DNA from: Cupriavidus necator
GTDB lineage: Bacteria > Pseudomonadota > Gammaproteobacteria > Burkholderiales > Burkholderiaceae
DNA length: 32,000 nt
Assembly (NCBI RefSeq): GCF_016127575.1
Contig: NZ_CP066019.1
Span: forward strand, 30,001 to 62,000
Direction: 5' to 3'
In this document: in pieces, positions 1-8,718 of the stretch
Position numbering within the stretch: position 1 is the first letter of the stretch
How the letters are laid out: each line of letters starts with the position of its first letter
Notes under the pieces: model-generated
The model's input: only the letters and a program-made list of their open reading frames with translations
Database searches by the model: none
What the model was told of the DNA's origin: nothing
Program-made: the position numbers and the translations under genes

Positions 1-1284
1 CAGGCCGATCGACAGCACCGGGCGCGCCAGTTCCACCAGGGTCTCGGCAAAGGTGGCCAGCAGCGTGCGCGGCTTCATGCGCAGCAGCACCGCCGAGATC
101 AGAGCGGTCAGCAGGATGGCGGTGCCGACGGCGGAGAGCAGGTCGAGCTTCAGCACCGCGTCATAGGCCTTGGGCGTGGCCACGATCGGCGCGGCCTTGA
201 TCACCATCTGGTCCAGCCCGGGGATCTTGAACTTCAGCACCGTTCCCGCCAGCGCGCCATTGGCCGCGAACAGCGCCTTGAACGGCTGCAGGCTCCACAC
301 CGTGACGATGGCGGTCAGGATGCCGAACGGCGCCCACGCGCGCAGCGTCTGCGCCAGGGTGTAGGGCGAAGCCTTGCGGCTGGACATCGCACCGCCGAAG
401 CCGCCGCCGAAGCCAGCCAGCGCGACGGTGCCGCCGCTGACATTGCCGCCGGCACGCTGCGACGCGCTGCGCGGCTGCCATACCTTCAGGAACGCGGCCA
501 GCGACACCAGGCTGACCAGTGCCGAAGTGATGTCCGGCAGTTCGGGCCCGATATGGTTGGAGGTGAAGTACTGCGTCACGGCAAAGCTGCCGCCGCACAC
601 CAGCGCCGCCGGCCACGTCTCGCGCACGCCCTTGGCGCCGTCCATCATGAACACCAGCCAGAACGGCACCAGCAGCGACAGCAGCGGCAGCTGGCGGCCG
701 GCCATGGCGCCGATATGGAAGGGATCGATGCCCGTGACCTGACCGGCCACGATGATGGGGATGCCCATCGCGCCGAACGCCACCGGCGCGGTATTGGCGA
801 TCAGGCACAGGCCCGCCGCATACAGCGGGTTGAAGCCCAGGCCCACCAGCAGCGCCGCGGTGATCGCCACCGGCGCGCCGAAGCCCGCCGCGCCTTCCAG
901 AAAGGCGCCGAAGGCAAAGCCGATCAGCAGCATCTGCAGGCGCTGGTCGTCGGTAATCGACAGCACCGAGGCGCGGATCACGTCGAACTGGCCGGTCTTG
1001 ACCACGATCTTGTAGAGGAACACCGCGGTCACGATGATCCATGCAATCGGCCACAGCCCATAGGCAAAGCCGAAGCCGGCCGAGGCCAGCGCCTGCTGCG
1101 CAGGCATGCCGTAGGCGAAGATCGCCACGGCCAGCGCCAATAGCAGCGTCACGGCCGCGGCGACATGGCCCTTCATGCGCCAGACGGCCAGCGCAATGAA
1201 GAAGAACAGTATGGGAATGGCTGCCGCCAGCGACGACAGCCACAGGCTGCCCAGCGGTGTATAGAGTTGGGTCCAGGGTTGCAC
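1..1284 (-). CDS. lldP: L-lactate permease (LctP/LldP family); 3' end runs off the left edge of the window
   Basis: I translated the minus strand from GTG (1284-1282), which has GGAG 8 nt upstream (complement of 1293-1296). It gives [40 protein letters not shown]...[67 protein letters not shown]...[38 protein letters not shown]..., nearly collinear with E. coli LldP as I remember it. The frame stays open for 428 codons down to position 1, so it is missing from the ORF track. The listed 161..1243 ORF is an off-frame shadow. Confidence 0.9.
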   Translation of the reverse strand, partial: MQPWTQLYTPLGSLWLSSLAAAIPILFFFIALAVWRMKGHVAAAVTLLLALAVAIFAYGMPAQQALASAGFGFAYGLWPIAWIIVTAVFLYKIVVKTGQFDVIRASVLSITDDQRLQMLLIGFAFGAFLEGAAGFGAPVAITAALLVGLGFNPLYAAGLCLIANTAPVAFGAMGIPIIVAGQVTGIDPFHIGAMAGRQLPLLSLLVPFWLVFMMDGAKGVRETWPAALVCGGSFAVTQYFTSNHIGPELPDITSALVSLVSLAAFLKVWQPRSASQRAGGNVSGGTVALAGFGGGFGGAMSSRKASPYTLAQTLRAWAPFGILTAIVTVWSLQPFKALFAANGALAGTVLKFKIPGLDQMVIKAAPIVATPKAYDAVLKLDLLSAVGTAILLTALISAVLLRMKPRTLLATFAETLVELARPVLSIGL

Positions 1285-1345
1285 GGTTTAGTCTCCTGCT
1301 TCGGTGGTGTTTCGGGAAATCTTTGTTTTGTTGATGAACACAGCC

Positions 1346-1363
1346 GCGAGCGGAACCGCTCGC
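1346..1363 (-). other. Intercistronic stem-loop between the lutB stop and the permease start (8-bp stem gcgagcgg/ccgctcgc, 2-nt loop)
   Basis: A perfect inverted repeat is visible in the 94-nt lutB-lldP spacer. No U-tract follows on the minus strand, so it is more likely a processing or stability element or a weak attenuator than a full terminator. Confidence 0.3.
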
Positions 1364-1378
1364 GCCCGTGATGACGGA

Positions 1379-2824
1379 TTACTCCGGCTGCCCCTTCTCC
1401 TTCAGCAAGTCCGCCAGGCTCTTCGCCGCCGGCTTCAGCGGCGTGCGGTGCTGCGTCCATCCCATCTGCTTCGACGGCGTCAGCGCGCGCAGCCGCGTGG
1501 CGGCCCAGCGGAACAGCCGGTACGTCGCCGGGTGCGAATACGCGCCGCTCCAGAAACGCCACACCAGGTGCTCGCCGCGGCTGTACTTGGCGCCTTGGCC
1601 GCGCAGCGGGTTGACGACCTGCTCTGCGGGATCACGGTTGGCCTCGGTGCGCAGGCGCACCAGCAATTGCGGAATCGGAATGCGCACCGGGCAAACTTCG
1701 CCGCAGGCGCCGCACAGGCTCGAGGCGGTGGCCAGGTCGGCGGTGGCGTCCAGCCCCAGCAGGTGCGGCGAGATGATCTTGCCGATGGGGCCGGGATAGG
1801 TCGTGCCGTAGGCGTGGCCGCCGATGCGCGTGTAGACCGGGCAGTGGTTCATGCATGCGCCGCAGCGGATGCATTGCAGCGTGGCGCGCAGCTGCGTGTC
1901 GGCATAGGCCTGGGTGCGGCCGTTGTCGAGCAGCACCAGGTGGACCTCGCGCGGGCCGTCGCGCTCGCCGGCGCGGCGCGGCCCGGAGATCAGGTTGAAG
2001 TAGGTGGTGATGGCCTGCCCGGTGGCCGAGCGCGTCAGCAGCGTGGACAGCGGCACGATATGCTCCAGCCGGGCCACGACCTTCTCCATGCCCATGATGG
2101 CGATATGCACGTCGGGCACGGTGGTGGAAAGCCGGCCGTTGCCTTCGTTCTCCACCAGCCACAGCGTGCCGGTGTCCGCGGCTGCGAAGTTCACGCCGGA
2201 CAAGCCGATATCCGCTTCGACAAAGGCCTGGCGCAGCGCACGGCGGCCGGTCTGGATCAGCGCGTCGACATCCTCGGTATAGGGCGTGTCGGGGATATGC
2301 GCCTGGAACAGCTGCGCGATATCGCCCTTGGTCTTGTGGATCGCCGGCATCACGATATGCGAGGGCTTTTCGCCGGCCAGCTGGACGATGTACTCGCCCA
2401 TGTCCGACTCGATGCAGTCCACGCCGCGCTCGGCCAGGTAATGGTTCAGCTCGATCTCCTCGCTGGCCATCGACTTGCCCTTGATCACGCGCTGCGCCTG
2501 CTTCGATGCCGCGATGCGGTGGATGATCGCGTTGGCTTCGTCGGCGTTCTCGGCCCAGTGCACCTGCACGCCGGCGGCGGTGAGCTTTGCCTCCAGCTGC
2601 ACCAGCAGGTCCGGCAGGTTGGCCAGCGCGTGCTGGCGCACCGCCTCGCCCAGGTCGCGCAAGCGTTCCAGCTCATCCGCGTCGGGGAACTGCGCCAGGC
2701 GCTTGCCCTGCAGGAAGTCCATCGCGCCGCGGAAACTCTGGCGCAGCTTGGGATCGTCCAGCGCTTCGCGGGCGCGTGCCTTGAAGTCCTGCGGCGGAAC
2801 AAAATTCAGTGCGTGCTGGCTCAT
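1379..2824 (-). CDS. lutB: LutB / LldF: iron-sulfur lactate utilisation protein (LUD domain plus two 4Fe-4S motifs)
   Basis: I chose the ATG at 2824 (MSQHALNFVPPQDFKARAREALDD...), not the upstream end of the 595-aa track ORF, because it overlaps the lutC stop as ATGA. This gives 481 aa. The protein contains CIRCGACMNHCPVY and CGACGEVCPVRIPIP ferredoxin-type motifs and the LUD region (GVNFAAADTGTLWLVENEGN). Confidence 0.9.
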   Translation of the reverse strand: MSQHALNFVPPQDFKARAREALDDPKLRQSFRGAMDFLQGKRLAQFPDADELERLRDLGEAVRQHALANLPDLLVQLEAKLTAAGVQVHWAENADEANAIIHRIAASKQAQRVIKGKSMASEEIELNHYLAERGVDCIESDMGEYIVQLAGEKPSHIVMPAIHKTKGDIAQLFQAHIPDTPYTEDVDALIQTGRRALRQAFVEADIGLSGVNFAAADTGTLWLVENEGNGRLSTTVPDVHIAIMGMEKVVARLEHIVPLSTLLTRSATGQAITTYFNLISGPRRAGERDGPREVHLVLLDNGRTQAYADTQLRATLQCIRCGACMNHCPVYTRIGGHAYGTTYPGPIGKIISPHLLGLDATADLATASSLCGACGEVCPVRIPIPQLLVRLRTEANRDPAEQVVNPLRGQGAKYSRGEHLVWRFWSGAYSHPATYRLFRWAATRLRALTPSKQMGWTQHRTPLKPAAKSLADLLKEKGQPE

Positions 2825-3522
2825 TGCCCGGCCTCCGCAGTGTCGGTCTCGATCACGACCCACAGCCGGCGCGGACCATGCGCGCCGTAGGCCAGCGTCT
2901 GCTGGATGTCGGAGGTCTTGGAGGGGCCGGAGATCAGCACCAGGTTGGCCGGCATGCCGTCGGACCAGCGCTCGGTGCGCACGGCCATATGCAGGTCGGC
3001 GTGCAGCGTCGAGGCGCGCACCAGCGCGACATGCAGCGGCGGCACCAGCGACACCGTGCGTGGCGAGCCCGCATCGGGCGCGACCACCAGCGTGCCGGTG
3101 GCGGCAATGCCGGAGCGCGCCACGGTGAAGCCGGCATCGATGGTGTCGAACAGCTCCGCCTTCCACGCTTCGATCGGGCGGTCGTAGCCGATGGCTTCGA
3201 TGTGGGCCGGCAAGGCGGCCGCCAGTGCGGCACCGGCCTGGCTGGCGGGATCAAGCAGCAGGCGCTTCACCCCGGCATTGGCCAGCTCAGTGGCCAGCAA
3301 TGCCGGCCAGGCCGCTTCGCTGGCGCACCAGACTTCGGCATGCAGCCCTTGCAGTGCCGCCTGCATCGCGCCGGCCAGTTCGCCAACGGCTGGCGTGCCA
3401 TGGCGGCGTGCCTCGAAATGGCCGTCGATGCGGCGGTCGAGTTCCGCGGTGCCTGGGGACGGTGCAGGCGCGGCGGCGCGCAGCCGGCCGAGCATGCGTT
3501 CGCGGGCGCCGGGCGTGCTCAT
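2821..3522 (-). CDS. lutC: LutC / LldG (YkgG family, LUD domain) lactate utilisation protein
   Basis: 233-aa ORF. It has the motif VARSGIAATGTLVV...SLVPPLHVALV...LVLISGPSKTSDIQ, typical of the YkgG/LutC family. ATGA overlaps occur at both ends (3519-3522 with lutA, 2821-2824 with lutB). Confidence 0.85.
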   Translation of the reverse strand: MSTPGARERMLGRLRAAAPAPSPGTAELDRRIDGHFEARRHGTPAVGELAGAMQAALQGLHAEVWCASEAAWPALLATELANAGVKRLLLDPASQAGAALAAALPAHIEAIGYDRPIEAWKAELFDTIDAGFTVARSGIAATGTLVVAPDAGSPRTVSLVPPLHVALVRASTLHADLHMAVRTERWSDGMPANLVLISGPSKTSDIQQTLAYGAHGPRRLWVVIETDTAEAGQ

Positions 3523-4301
3523 GCGGCACCTCCGCTACGGCGCCACAGGAAGGTGGCCAGGTGCTCCACCTGCAGCGGGGCGCGGTCATGCGTCGCGGTA
3601 TGGCCGATATTGAGCAGGCAGCCGCAGTCGGCCGAGACCAGCCGGTCGCAGCCGGTGGCGCAGGCCGAGGCCACCTTGTCGCGCACCATGGCGCCGGAGA
3701 TATCGGGATGCTTGAGCGAGAAGGTGCCGCCGAAGCCGCAGCATTCTGATTCGCGTTCATGCTCCACGCGGGTCACGCCCGGCAGCGCGTCGACCAGGGC
3801 CACGCCGTGCTGGCGCGTACCCATTTCTCGACGGGCGCCGCACGAGGTATGCAGCACGATGCGCTCCTGCGCCTGGCCCGCCGCTGCGGCATCGCCAAAG
3901 TCCACCTTCAGCACATGCAGCAGGAATTCGCCCAGTTCATAGATGCGTCCGGCCAGTTCCAGTGCCTTGGGGCCGGCCACCGGATCGTCGGCAAAGAGCT
4001 GCGGCCAGTGGTGGCGCATCATGCCCGCGCATGAGCCCGATGGCACGATCACCGGCCAGGGCTGGCTGAACAGGTCGAGTTGGGCGCGCGCCACCGCACG
4101 GGCCGCGTCGGGGTTGCCGCTGCTGTAGGCGGGCTGGCCGCAGCAACTCTGGCCGCGCGGGAAGTGCACGGTGAGCCCTTCGCGTTCAAGCAACCGCACG
4201 GCGTCGAGGCCGGCCTGCGGCACGAACATGTCGACCAGGCAGGTGGCAAACAGGTAGGCCTGCGTGGGGGCAGGGCCGGTGGGGTACTGACGATCCTTCA
4301 T
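3519..4301 (-). CDS. lutA: LutA / LldE (Fe-S) oxidoreductase with two cysteine-rich CCG domains
   Basis: 260-aa ORF. It begins ...YLFATCLVDMF... and contains SCCGQPAYSSG and ECCGFGGTFS (CCG motifs), as in YkgE/LutA. Confidence 0.9.
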   Translation of the reverse strand: MKDRQYPTGPAPTQAYLFATCLVDMFVPQAGLDAVRLLEREGLTVHFPRGQSCCGQPAYSSGNPDAARAVARAQLDLFSQPWPVIVPSGSCAGMMRHHWPQLFADDPVAGPKALELAGRIYELGEFLLHVLKVDFGDAAAAGQAQERIVLHTSCGARREMGTRQHGVALVDALPGVTRVEHERESECCGFGGTFSLKHPDISGAMVRDKVASACATGCDRLVSADCGCLLNIGHTATHDRAPLQVEHLATFLWRRSGGAA

Positions 4302-4369
4302 GTCTCGCTCCGGACGTGCTGGGGTCGCACGTTTCGGCGCATAATTCCCGCTTCCGCGCGGCGGTACAA

Positions 4370-4384
4370 ATTGGTTGGACCAAT
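4370..4384. promoter_or_regulatory. Perfect palindromic GntR/FadR-subfamily operator ATTGGTtggACCAAT in the lutA / regulator divergent promoter region
   Basis: The sequence attggttggaccaat is a perfect 6-N3-6 inverted repeat. It matches the PdhR/LldR-type box (ATTGGT-N3-ACCAAT) as I recall it. It lies 44 nt upstream of the regulator ATG and 69 nt upstream of the lutA ATG. Confidence 0.55.
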
Positions 4385-4427
4385 CTGCCCGACGACGCGC
4401 GCAAGCTCAGGAGCGAGGACACACGGC

Positions 4428-5153
4428 ATGACGGCAGCGGCAGCAAGGCACGGGCGCACCCGCGGACGCGTGGAGTCGGTCATGCGCCGGATCGAGACCG
4501 CGCTGCTCGACGGCACCTGGCCGCCCGGCACGCGGCTGCCGGCCGAGCGGGTGCTGGCCGGGCAATACGAGGTGGCGCGCAACACCGTGCGCGAGGCGAT
4601 CCAGCGCCTGGCCGCGCGCGGCCTGCTGCAGAGCCGGCGCGGTGCCGGGGTCTACGCCACCGACCAGCTGCGCGCCGGCATTGCCTCGCCCTGGGGCCAG
4701 CTGGTGGCCGACCACCCCGCGCTGCGCGACGACATCCTGGAGTTCCGCCGCGTGCTGGAGGGCGCGACCGCGTATTTTGCGGCGCTGCGCGCGGATGCCG
4801 CTGACGTGAAGCGGATCCGCGCCCTGATGGCCGAGCTGGAACGCGCGCGCGCCGCCGACGACAAGCAGGCAGAGGCCGATGCCGATGCGCAGCTGCACGA
4901 CGCCATTGCCCAGGCCTCGCACAACACCATGTTCCTGCACCTGCATACCAGCGTGATCGGCATGCTGCGCGAGCACATCACCATCAATGGCACCGGCCTG
5001 CGCGAACAGGACGACGGCGCGTCAGACCTGTTGCTGCTGCAGCATCGCACGCTGTGCGATGCGATTTGCGCGCGCCGCCCGGAAGAGGCGCGCACCGCCA
5101 TGCAGACCCATATCGACTTCGTGCGCAGCCGGGTGGAGCAGGACGGCGCCTGA
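4428..5153 (+). CDS. GntR-family transcriptional regulator, FadR subfamily (FCD C-terminal domain); LldR/PdhR-like by context
   Basis: I chose the ATG at 4428, preceded by AGGAGCGAGG, giving 241 aa. The N-terminal winged HTH reads LPAERVLAGQYEVARNTVREAIQRLAARGLL, and the C-terminus is helical with ...HDAIAQASHNTMFLHLH.... The gene is divergent from the lut operon. The 357-aa track ORF is an upstream over-extension. Confidence 0.85.
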   Translation: MTAAAARHGRTRGRVESVMRRIETALLDGTWPPGTRLPAERVLAGQYEVARNTVREAIQRLAARGLLQSRRGAGVYATDQLRAGIASPWGQLVADHPALRDDILEFRRVLEGATAYFAALRADAADVKRIRALMAELERARAADDKQAEADADAQLHDAIAQASHNTMFLHLHTSVIGMLREHITINGTGLREQDDGASDLLLLQHRTLCDAICARRPEEARTAMQTHIDFVRSRVEQDGA

Positions 5154-5198
5154 GCAGGCATTGGTCCTACCACCGCCGCGGCGAGCCGGCTGCGGCAC

Positions 5199-6236
5199 TC
5201 AGATCAGTCCGGCGCCGGCCAGCTCCCGCTTCAGGTAGGCATAGAAGATAGGTCCGGCGATCACGCCCGGGATGCCGAACAGCGTTTCCATCAGCAGCAT
5301 CACCATCAGCAGTTCCCACGCCGCGGCCTGGATGCGCGCACCGATGATGCGCGCGTTCAGGAAGTACTCCAGCTTGTGGATCACCACCAGGAACACCAGC
5401 GACGCCACCGCGATCGGCAGCGACACCGACAGCGAGGCCACCACGATGGCCGTATTGGAAATCAGGTTGCCCAGCACCGGCAGCAGCCCGGCAACGAAGG
5501 TGATCACCACCAGCGTCTTGGTCAGCGGCAGGTGCACACCAAAGAGCGGCAGCATCAGCAGCAGGTAGATCGCCGTCAGCACGGTGTTGATGGTGGAGAT
5601 CTGGATCTGCGCGAAGATGAACTGCGAGAACGCCTGCTGCAGCGTGCGTGCGCGCGCCACCAGCGCCGCGGCCAGCGGCCGGCGATTGGGCCGAACCACC
5701 GCGCGGTACAGCGCCACCATCGCGCCGATCACCAGCCCGATCAGGATATGCACCAGCGTGCGCAGCACCTCGGCGCCCAGCTTCTGCGCCATCGCGGCAT
5801 GCTCGCGCAGCGTCTCGATCAGCGTGTTGGCCAGCTCGTCCACGCCCTTGGGCAGCGCATCGCTAAGCCACGGCGGCATCTGCCCGCGCGAGCGGTCGAT
5901 GATGTCGGCCACATGGTTGAGCAGCCCGTCCAGGGTATTGCCTTCGCCACTGACAAAGCGCACCAGCAGCCAGCCCGCCAGCGTCAGCCCCAGCAGGATC
6001 AGCGCCGACAGGATGGCCACGGCCAGGGCGTCGTGGCGCTGGTGCAGGCGCTGCAGGCGCGGCGCCAGCACGTCCACCAGCGAGTACAGCAGCAGGCCGG
6101 ACAGCAATGCCGCCACCAGGTTGGCGTGGAGCACGGTCCACAGCGCCAGGGCGGTCAGCAGGTAGGCGACGGTGCCGACGCTGTACCACGCGGCCGGCAG
6201 CAGGCGCGGGGTGGCGGTCGGGTCTGGGTCTTTCAT
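5199..6236 (-). CDS. AI-2E family (PerM/YhhT, UPF0118) membrane transporter
   Basis: This is a multi-TM protein with the typical C-terminal region ...ISNTAIVVASLSVSLPIAVASLVFLVVIHKLEYFLNARIIGARI...GIPGVIAGPIFYAYLK. The start is placed at ATG 6236 (GGAG 6 nt upstream). The alternative ATG at 6251 has no SD. Confidence 0.8.
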   Translation of the reverse strand: MKDPDPTATPRLLPAAWYSVGTVAYLLTALALWTVLHANLVAALLSGLLLYSLVDVLAPRLQRLHQRHDALAVAILSALILLGLTLAGWLLVRFVSGEGNTLDGLLNHVADIIDRSRGQMPPWLSDALPKGVDELANTLIETLREHAAMAQKLGAEVLRTLVHILIGLVIGAMVALYRAVVRPNRRPLAAALVARARTLQQAFSQFIFAQIQISTINTVLTAIYLLLMLPLFGVHLPLTKTLVVITFVAGLLPVLGNLISNTAIVVASLSVSLPIAVASLVFLVVIHKLEYFLNARIIGARIQAAAWELLMVMLLMETLFGIPGVIAGPIFYAYLKRELAGAGLI

Positions 6237-6440
6237 CGGGGTCTCCGGCATGCAATTTGCTCAAAATTTATTCTGGATTCTCGCCGATCCAGATGTTGTT
6301 CCTGAGTCAGGCCGTGTGCGCTGAGGCGATGTTGGCATCACGGCACACGCAAAGGCTGTCTATATTAGGGGGAATCGCGCCCGGCAAGGCGCCCGGCGCA
6401 CCGCTGTCATCGTTTTCTCCAGAGTCCAGGAACGGAACGC

Positions 6441-7823
6441 ATGGCCTACACCCACACCATCGGTACCCACCGCCACGTCTTTGCCGACCTGCGCACGCTA
6501 CTGGCCCGGGCCAGCCCGGCGCGTTCCGGCGACGCGCTGGCGGGCGTTGCCGCGGCCAGCGAGCAGGAGCGGATGGCCGCGCGGCTGGCGCTGGCCGAGG
6601 TGCCGCTCAAGCAGTTCCTGACCGAGGCGCTGGTGCCGTACGAGGACGACGAGGTCACGCGCCTGATCCTGGACCGGCACGATGGCGCGGCCTTTGCCGC
6701 CATCGGCGCCACTACCGTGGGCGACCTGCGCAACTGGCTGCTGCTGCATGAAACCGACAGCGCCATGCTGGCGCGGGTGGCGCCGGGCATCACCCCGGAG
6801 ATGGCCGCCGCGGTCAGCAAGCTGATGCGCAACCAGGACCTGGTGGCGGTGGCGCGCAAGTGCCAGGTGGTGACGCGCTTTCGCAGCACGGTGGGGCTGC
6901 CGGGCCGGCTCTCGGTGCGGCTGCAGCCCAACCACCCGACCGACGATCCCAAGGGCATTGCCGCGTCGATCATCGACGGGCTGCTCTATGGCTGCGGCGA
7001 TGCCACCATCGGCGTCAACCCGGCTTCGGACAACCTGGGCGCCATTGTCTCGCTGCTGCGCATGATCGACGAGCTGCGCAGCCGCTTCGACATCCCCACG
7101 CAATCCTGCGTGCTGACCCACGTCACCAATACCCTGCGCGCGATCGGGCAGGGCGCGCCGGTGGATCTGGTGTTCCAGTCGGTGGCCGGCAGCGAGCGCG
7201 CCAATGCGGCCTTCGGCATCAGCCTGGCGCTGCTGGCCGAGGCGCACGACGCCGCGCAGGCGCTGGCGCGCGGCACCGTTGGCGACAACCTGATGTACTT
7301 CGAGACCGGGCAGGGCAGCGCGCTGTCGGCCAATGCGCACCACGGCGTCGACCAGCAGACCATGGAGGCGCGCGCCTACGCGGTGGCGCGCGCGTTCGCG
7401 CCGCTGCTGGTCAATACGGTGGTGGGCTTTATCGGTCCCGAATACCTGTACGACGGCAAGCAGATCATCCGCGCCGGTCTGGAAGACCACTTCTGCGGCA
7501 AGCTGATGGGGGTGCCGATGGGCTGCGACGTCTGCTACACCAACCATGCCGAGGCCGACCAGGACGACATGGACACGCTGCTGACGCTGTTCGGCGTGGC
7601 CGGAATCAATTTCATCATGGGCGTGCCCGGCGCCGACGACATCATGCTCAACTACCAGAGCACTTCGTTCCACGATGCGCTGTACCTGCGCGAGGTGCTG
7701 GGGCTGCGCCCCGCGCCGGAGTTCGAGGCCTGGCTGCAGCGCATGGGCATTGCCGATGCCAGCGGCAGGCTGCTCGAGCCCGCCGCGCGCCAGCCGCTGC
7801 TGCAGATGGCCCACAGCCTGTAA
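6441..7823 (+). CDS. eutB: Ethanolamine ammonia-lyase large subunit
   Basis: 460 aa, collinear with E. coli EutB as I recall it: RSGDALAGVAAASEQER, QPNHPTDD, YFETGQGSALSA, VNTVVGFIGPEYLYDGKQIIRAGLEDHFCGKL, CYTNHAEADQDD, DDIMLNYQ. Confidence 0.95.
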   Translation: MAYTHTIGTHRHVFADLRTLLARASPARSGDALAGVAAASEQERMAARLALAEVPLKQFLTEALVPYEDDEVTRLILDRHDGAAFAAIGATTVGDLRNWLLLHETDSAMLARVAPGITPEMAAAVSKLMRNQDLVAVARKCQVVTRFRSTVGLPGRLSVRLQPNHPTDDPKGIAASIIDGLLYGCGDATIGVNPASDNLGAIVSLLRMIDELRSRFDIPTQSCVLTHVTNTLRAIGQGAPVDLVFQSVAGSERANAAFGISLALLAEAHDAAQALARGTVGDNLMYFETGQGSALSANAHHGVDQQTMEARAYAVARAFAPLLVNTVVGFIGPEYLYDGKQIIRAGLEDHFCGKLMGVPMGCDVCYTNHAEADQDDMDTLLTLFGVAGINFIMGVPGADDIMLNYQSTSFHDALYLREVLGLRPAPEFEAWLQRMGIADASGRLLEPAARQPLLQMAHSL

Positions 7824-7833
7824 GGTACAGCCG

Positions 7834-8619
7834 ATGACGGCCAGACGCCCGCCTCCCGCCGATCCTGCCAACACCGATGCCGATCCCTGGCAACGCCTGC
7901 GCCAGTTCACGCGCGCGCGTGTAGCGCTGGGCCGTACCGGCCACAGCCAGACCACCGATGCGGTGCTGGCCTTCGGGCTGGCCCATGCGCAGGCGCGCGA
8001 TGCGGTGCACCTGCCGCTGGACGTGGGCGCGGTCACCGCGGCGCTGGATGCGGCGGGGGTGCCGAACCTTGCCGTGCACAGCGCCGCGCCGGACCGCGCG
8101 CACTACCTGCGGCGCCCAGACCTGGGCCGGCGCCTGGACGATGCCAGCCGCGCGCGGCTGGCCGCGGCACGCCCTGGCGAGGCGCCCGATGTGGTGTTCG
8201 TGGTTGCCGACGGTCTGTCCGCGCTGGCCACGCAGACGCACGCGCTGCCGTTGCTCGATGCCACCCGCCCGCGCCTGCCGCTGACATGGCGCATCGGCCC
8301 GGTGGTGGTGGCCGAGCAGTCGCGCGTGGCGTTGGGCGACGAGATCGGCGAGCTGCTGGGCGCGCGCCAGGTGGTGATGCTGATCGGCGAACGGCCGGGC
8401 CTGAGTTCGCCCGACAGCCTTGGCATCTACCTGACCCATGCGCCGCGCACGGGCCGCACCGATGCCGAGCGCAACTGCATCTCCAACGTGCGCCCCGAAG
8501 GCCTGCCGTATGCGCAGGCCGCCGACCGGCTGGCCTTCCTGCTGCGCGGCGCGGCGGCTTTGGGCCGCTCGGGCGTGGACCTGAAGGACGACAGCGTGCC
8601 GGCGTTGCCTGAAGGCTGA
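7834..8619 (+). CDS. eutC: Ethanolamine ammonia-lyase small subunit
   Basis: The ATG at 7834 lies 11 nt after the eutB stop (AAGG upstream), giving 261 aa. The protein contains ...ARVALGRTGHS..., VVFVVADGLSA and MLIGERPGLSSPDSLGIYLT, typical of EutC. The 314-aa track ORF starts inside eutB. Confidence 0.9.
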   Translation: MTARRPPPADPANTDADPWQRLRQFTRARVALGRTGHSQTTDAVLAFGLAHAQARDAVHLPLDVGAVTAALDAAGVPNLAVHSAAPDRAHYLRRPDLGRRLDDASRARLAAARPGEAPDVVFVVADGLSALATQTHALPLLDATRPRLPLTWRIGPVVVAEQSRVALGDEIGELLGARQVVMLIGERPGLSSPDSLGIYLTHAPRTGRTDAERNCISNVRPEGLPYAQAADRLAFLLRGAAALGRSGVDLKDDSVPALPEG

Positions 8620-8655
8620 AGCGTCTCCCTCGCTCACCCGCCCGCCAGCAGCAAA

Positions 8656-8694
8656 ACGGCCGCCACGCGGGTTAGCAACCCGCGTGGCGGCCGT
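8656..8694. terminator. Bidirectional terminator hairpin between convergent eutC and the YbaK-like gene (18-bp perfect stem, 3-nt loop)
   Basis: The sequence acggccgccacgcgggtt-agc-aacccgcgtggcggccgt forms the hairpin. An A-run precedes it on the plus strand, which gives a U-tract for the minus-strand transcript. No U-tract follows for the plus-strand transcript. Confidence 0.6.
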
Positions 8695-8718
8695 CCAGTG
8701 GCCAATAAAAGGCGCCGC

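Noticed and set aside
161-1243. 360-aa minus-strand ORF in the track (Arg/Gly/Ala-rich)
   Set aside because: It is an off-frame shadow of the real lactate permease gene. The permease frame gives a textbook LctP sequence, whereas this translation is low-complexity and not protein-like.
4080-4427. Upstream extensions of track ORFs, for example the GntR regulator from 4080, fpr from 11651, eutC from 7675, the PepSY gene from 29832, fur to 29182 and the DUF326 gene to 15551
   Set aside because: The extensions overlap neighbouring genes or translate to non-protein-like sequence. Internal ATG codons with SD sequences or ATGA/TGATG coupling give lengths typical of the families.
6333-6347. TGGCATCACGGCACA upstream of eutB as a sigma-54 promoter; also a possible AdoCbl riboswitch in the eutB leader
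   Set aside because: The GC dinucleotide of the -12 element is not at the required spacing from GG. I could not find a B12 box or the conserved cobalamin riboswitch core in 6252-6440.
6498-8036. 512-aa ORF antisense to eutB/eutC. The same reasoning covers 1304..2890 (+), 16320..18410 (+), 22775..24685 (-), 13274..14218 (+), 5376..6305 (+), 21561..22874 (-) and the many 60-350-aa overlapping ORFs.
   Set aside because: All overlap genes with strong family signatures on the other strand or frame and translate to Arg/Gly/His-rich low-complexity strings. They arise from stop-codon scarcity in GC-rich DNA.
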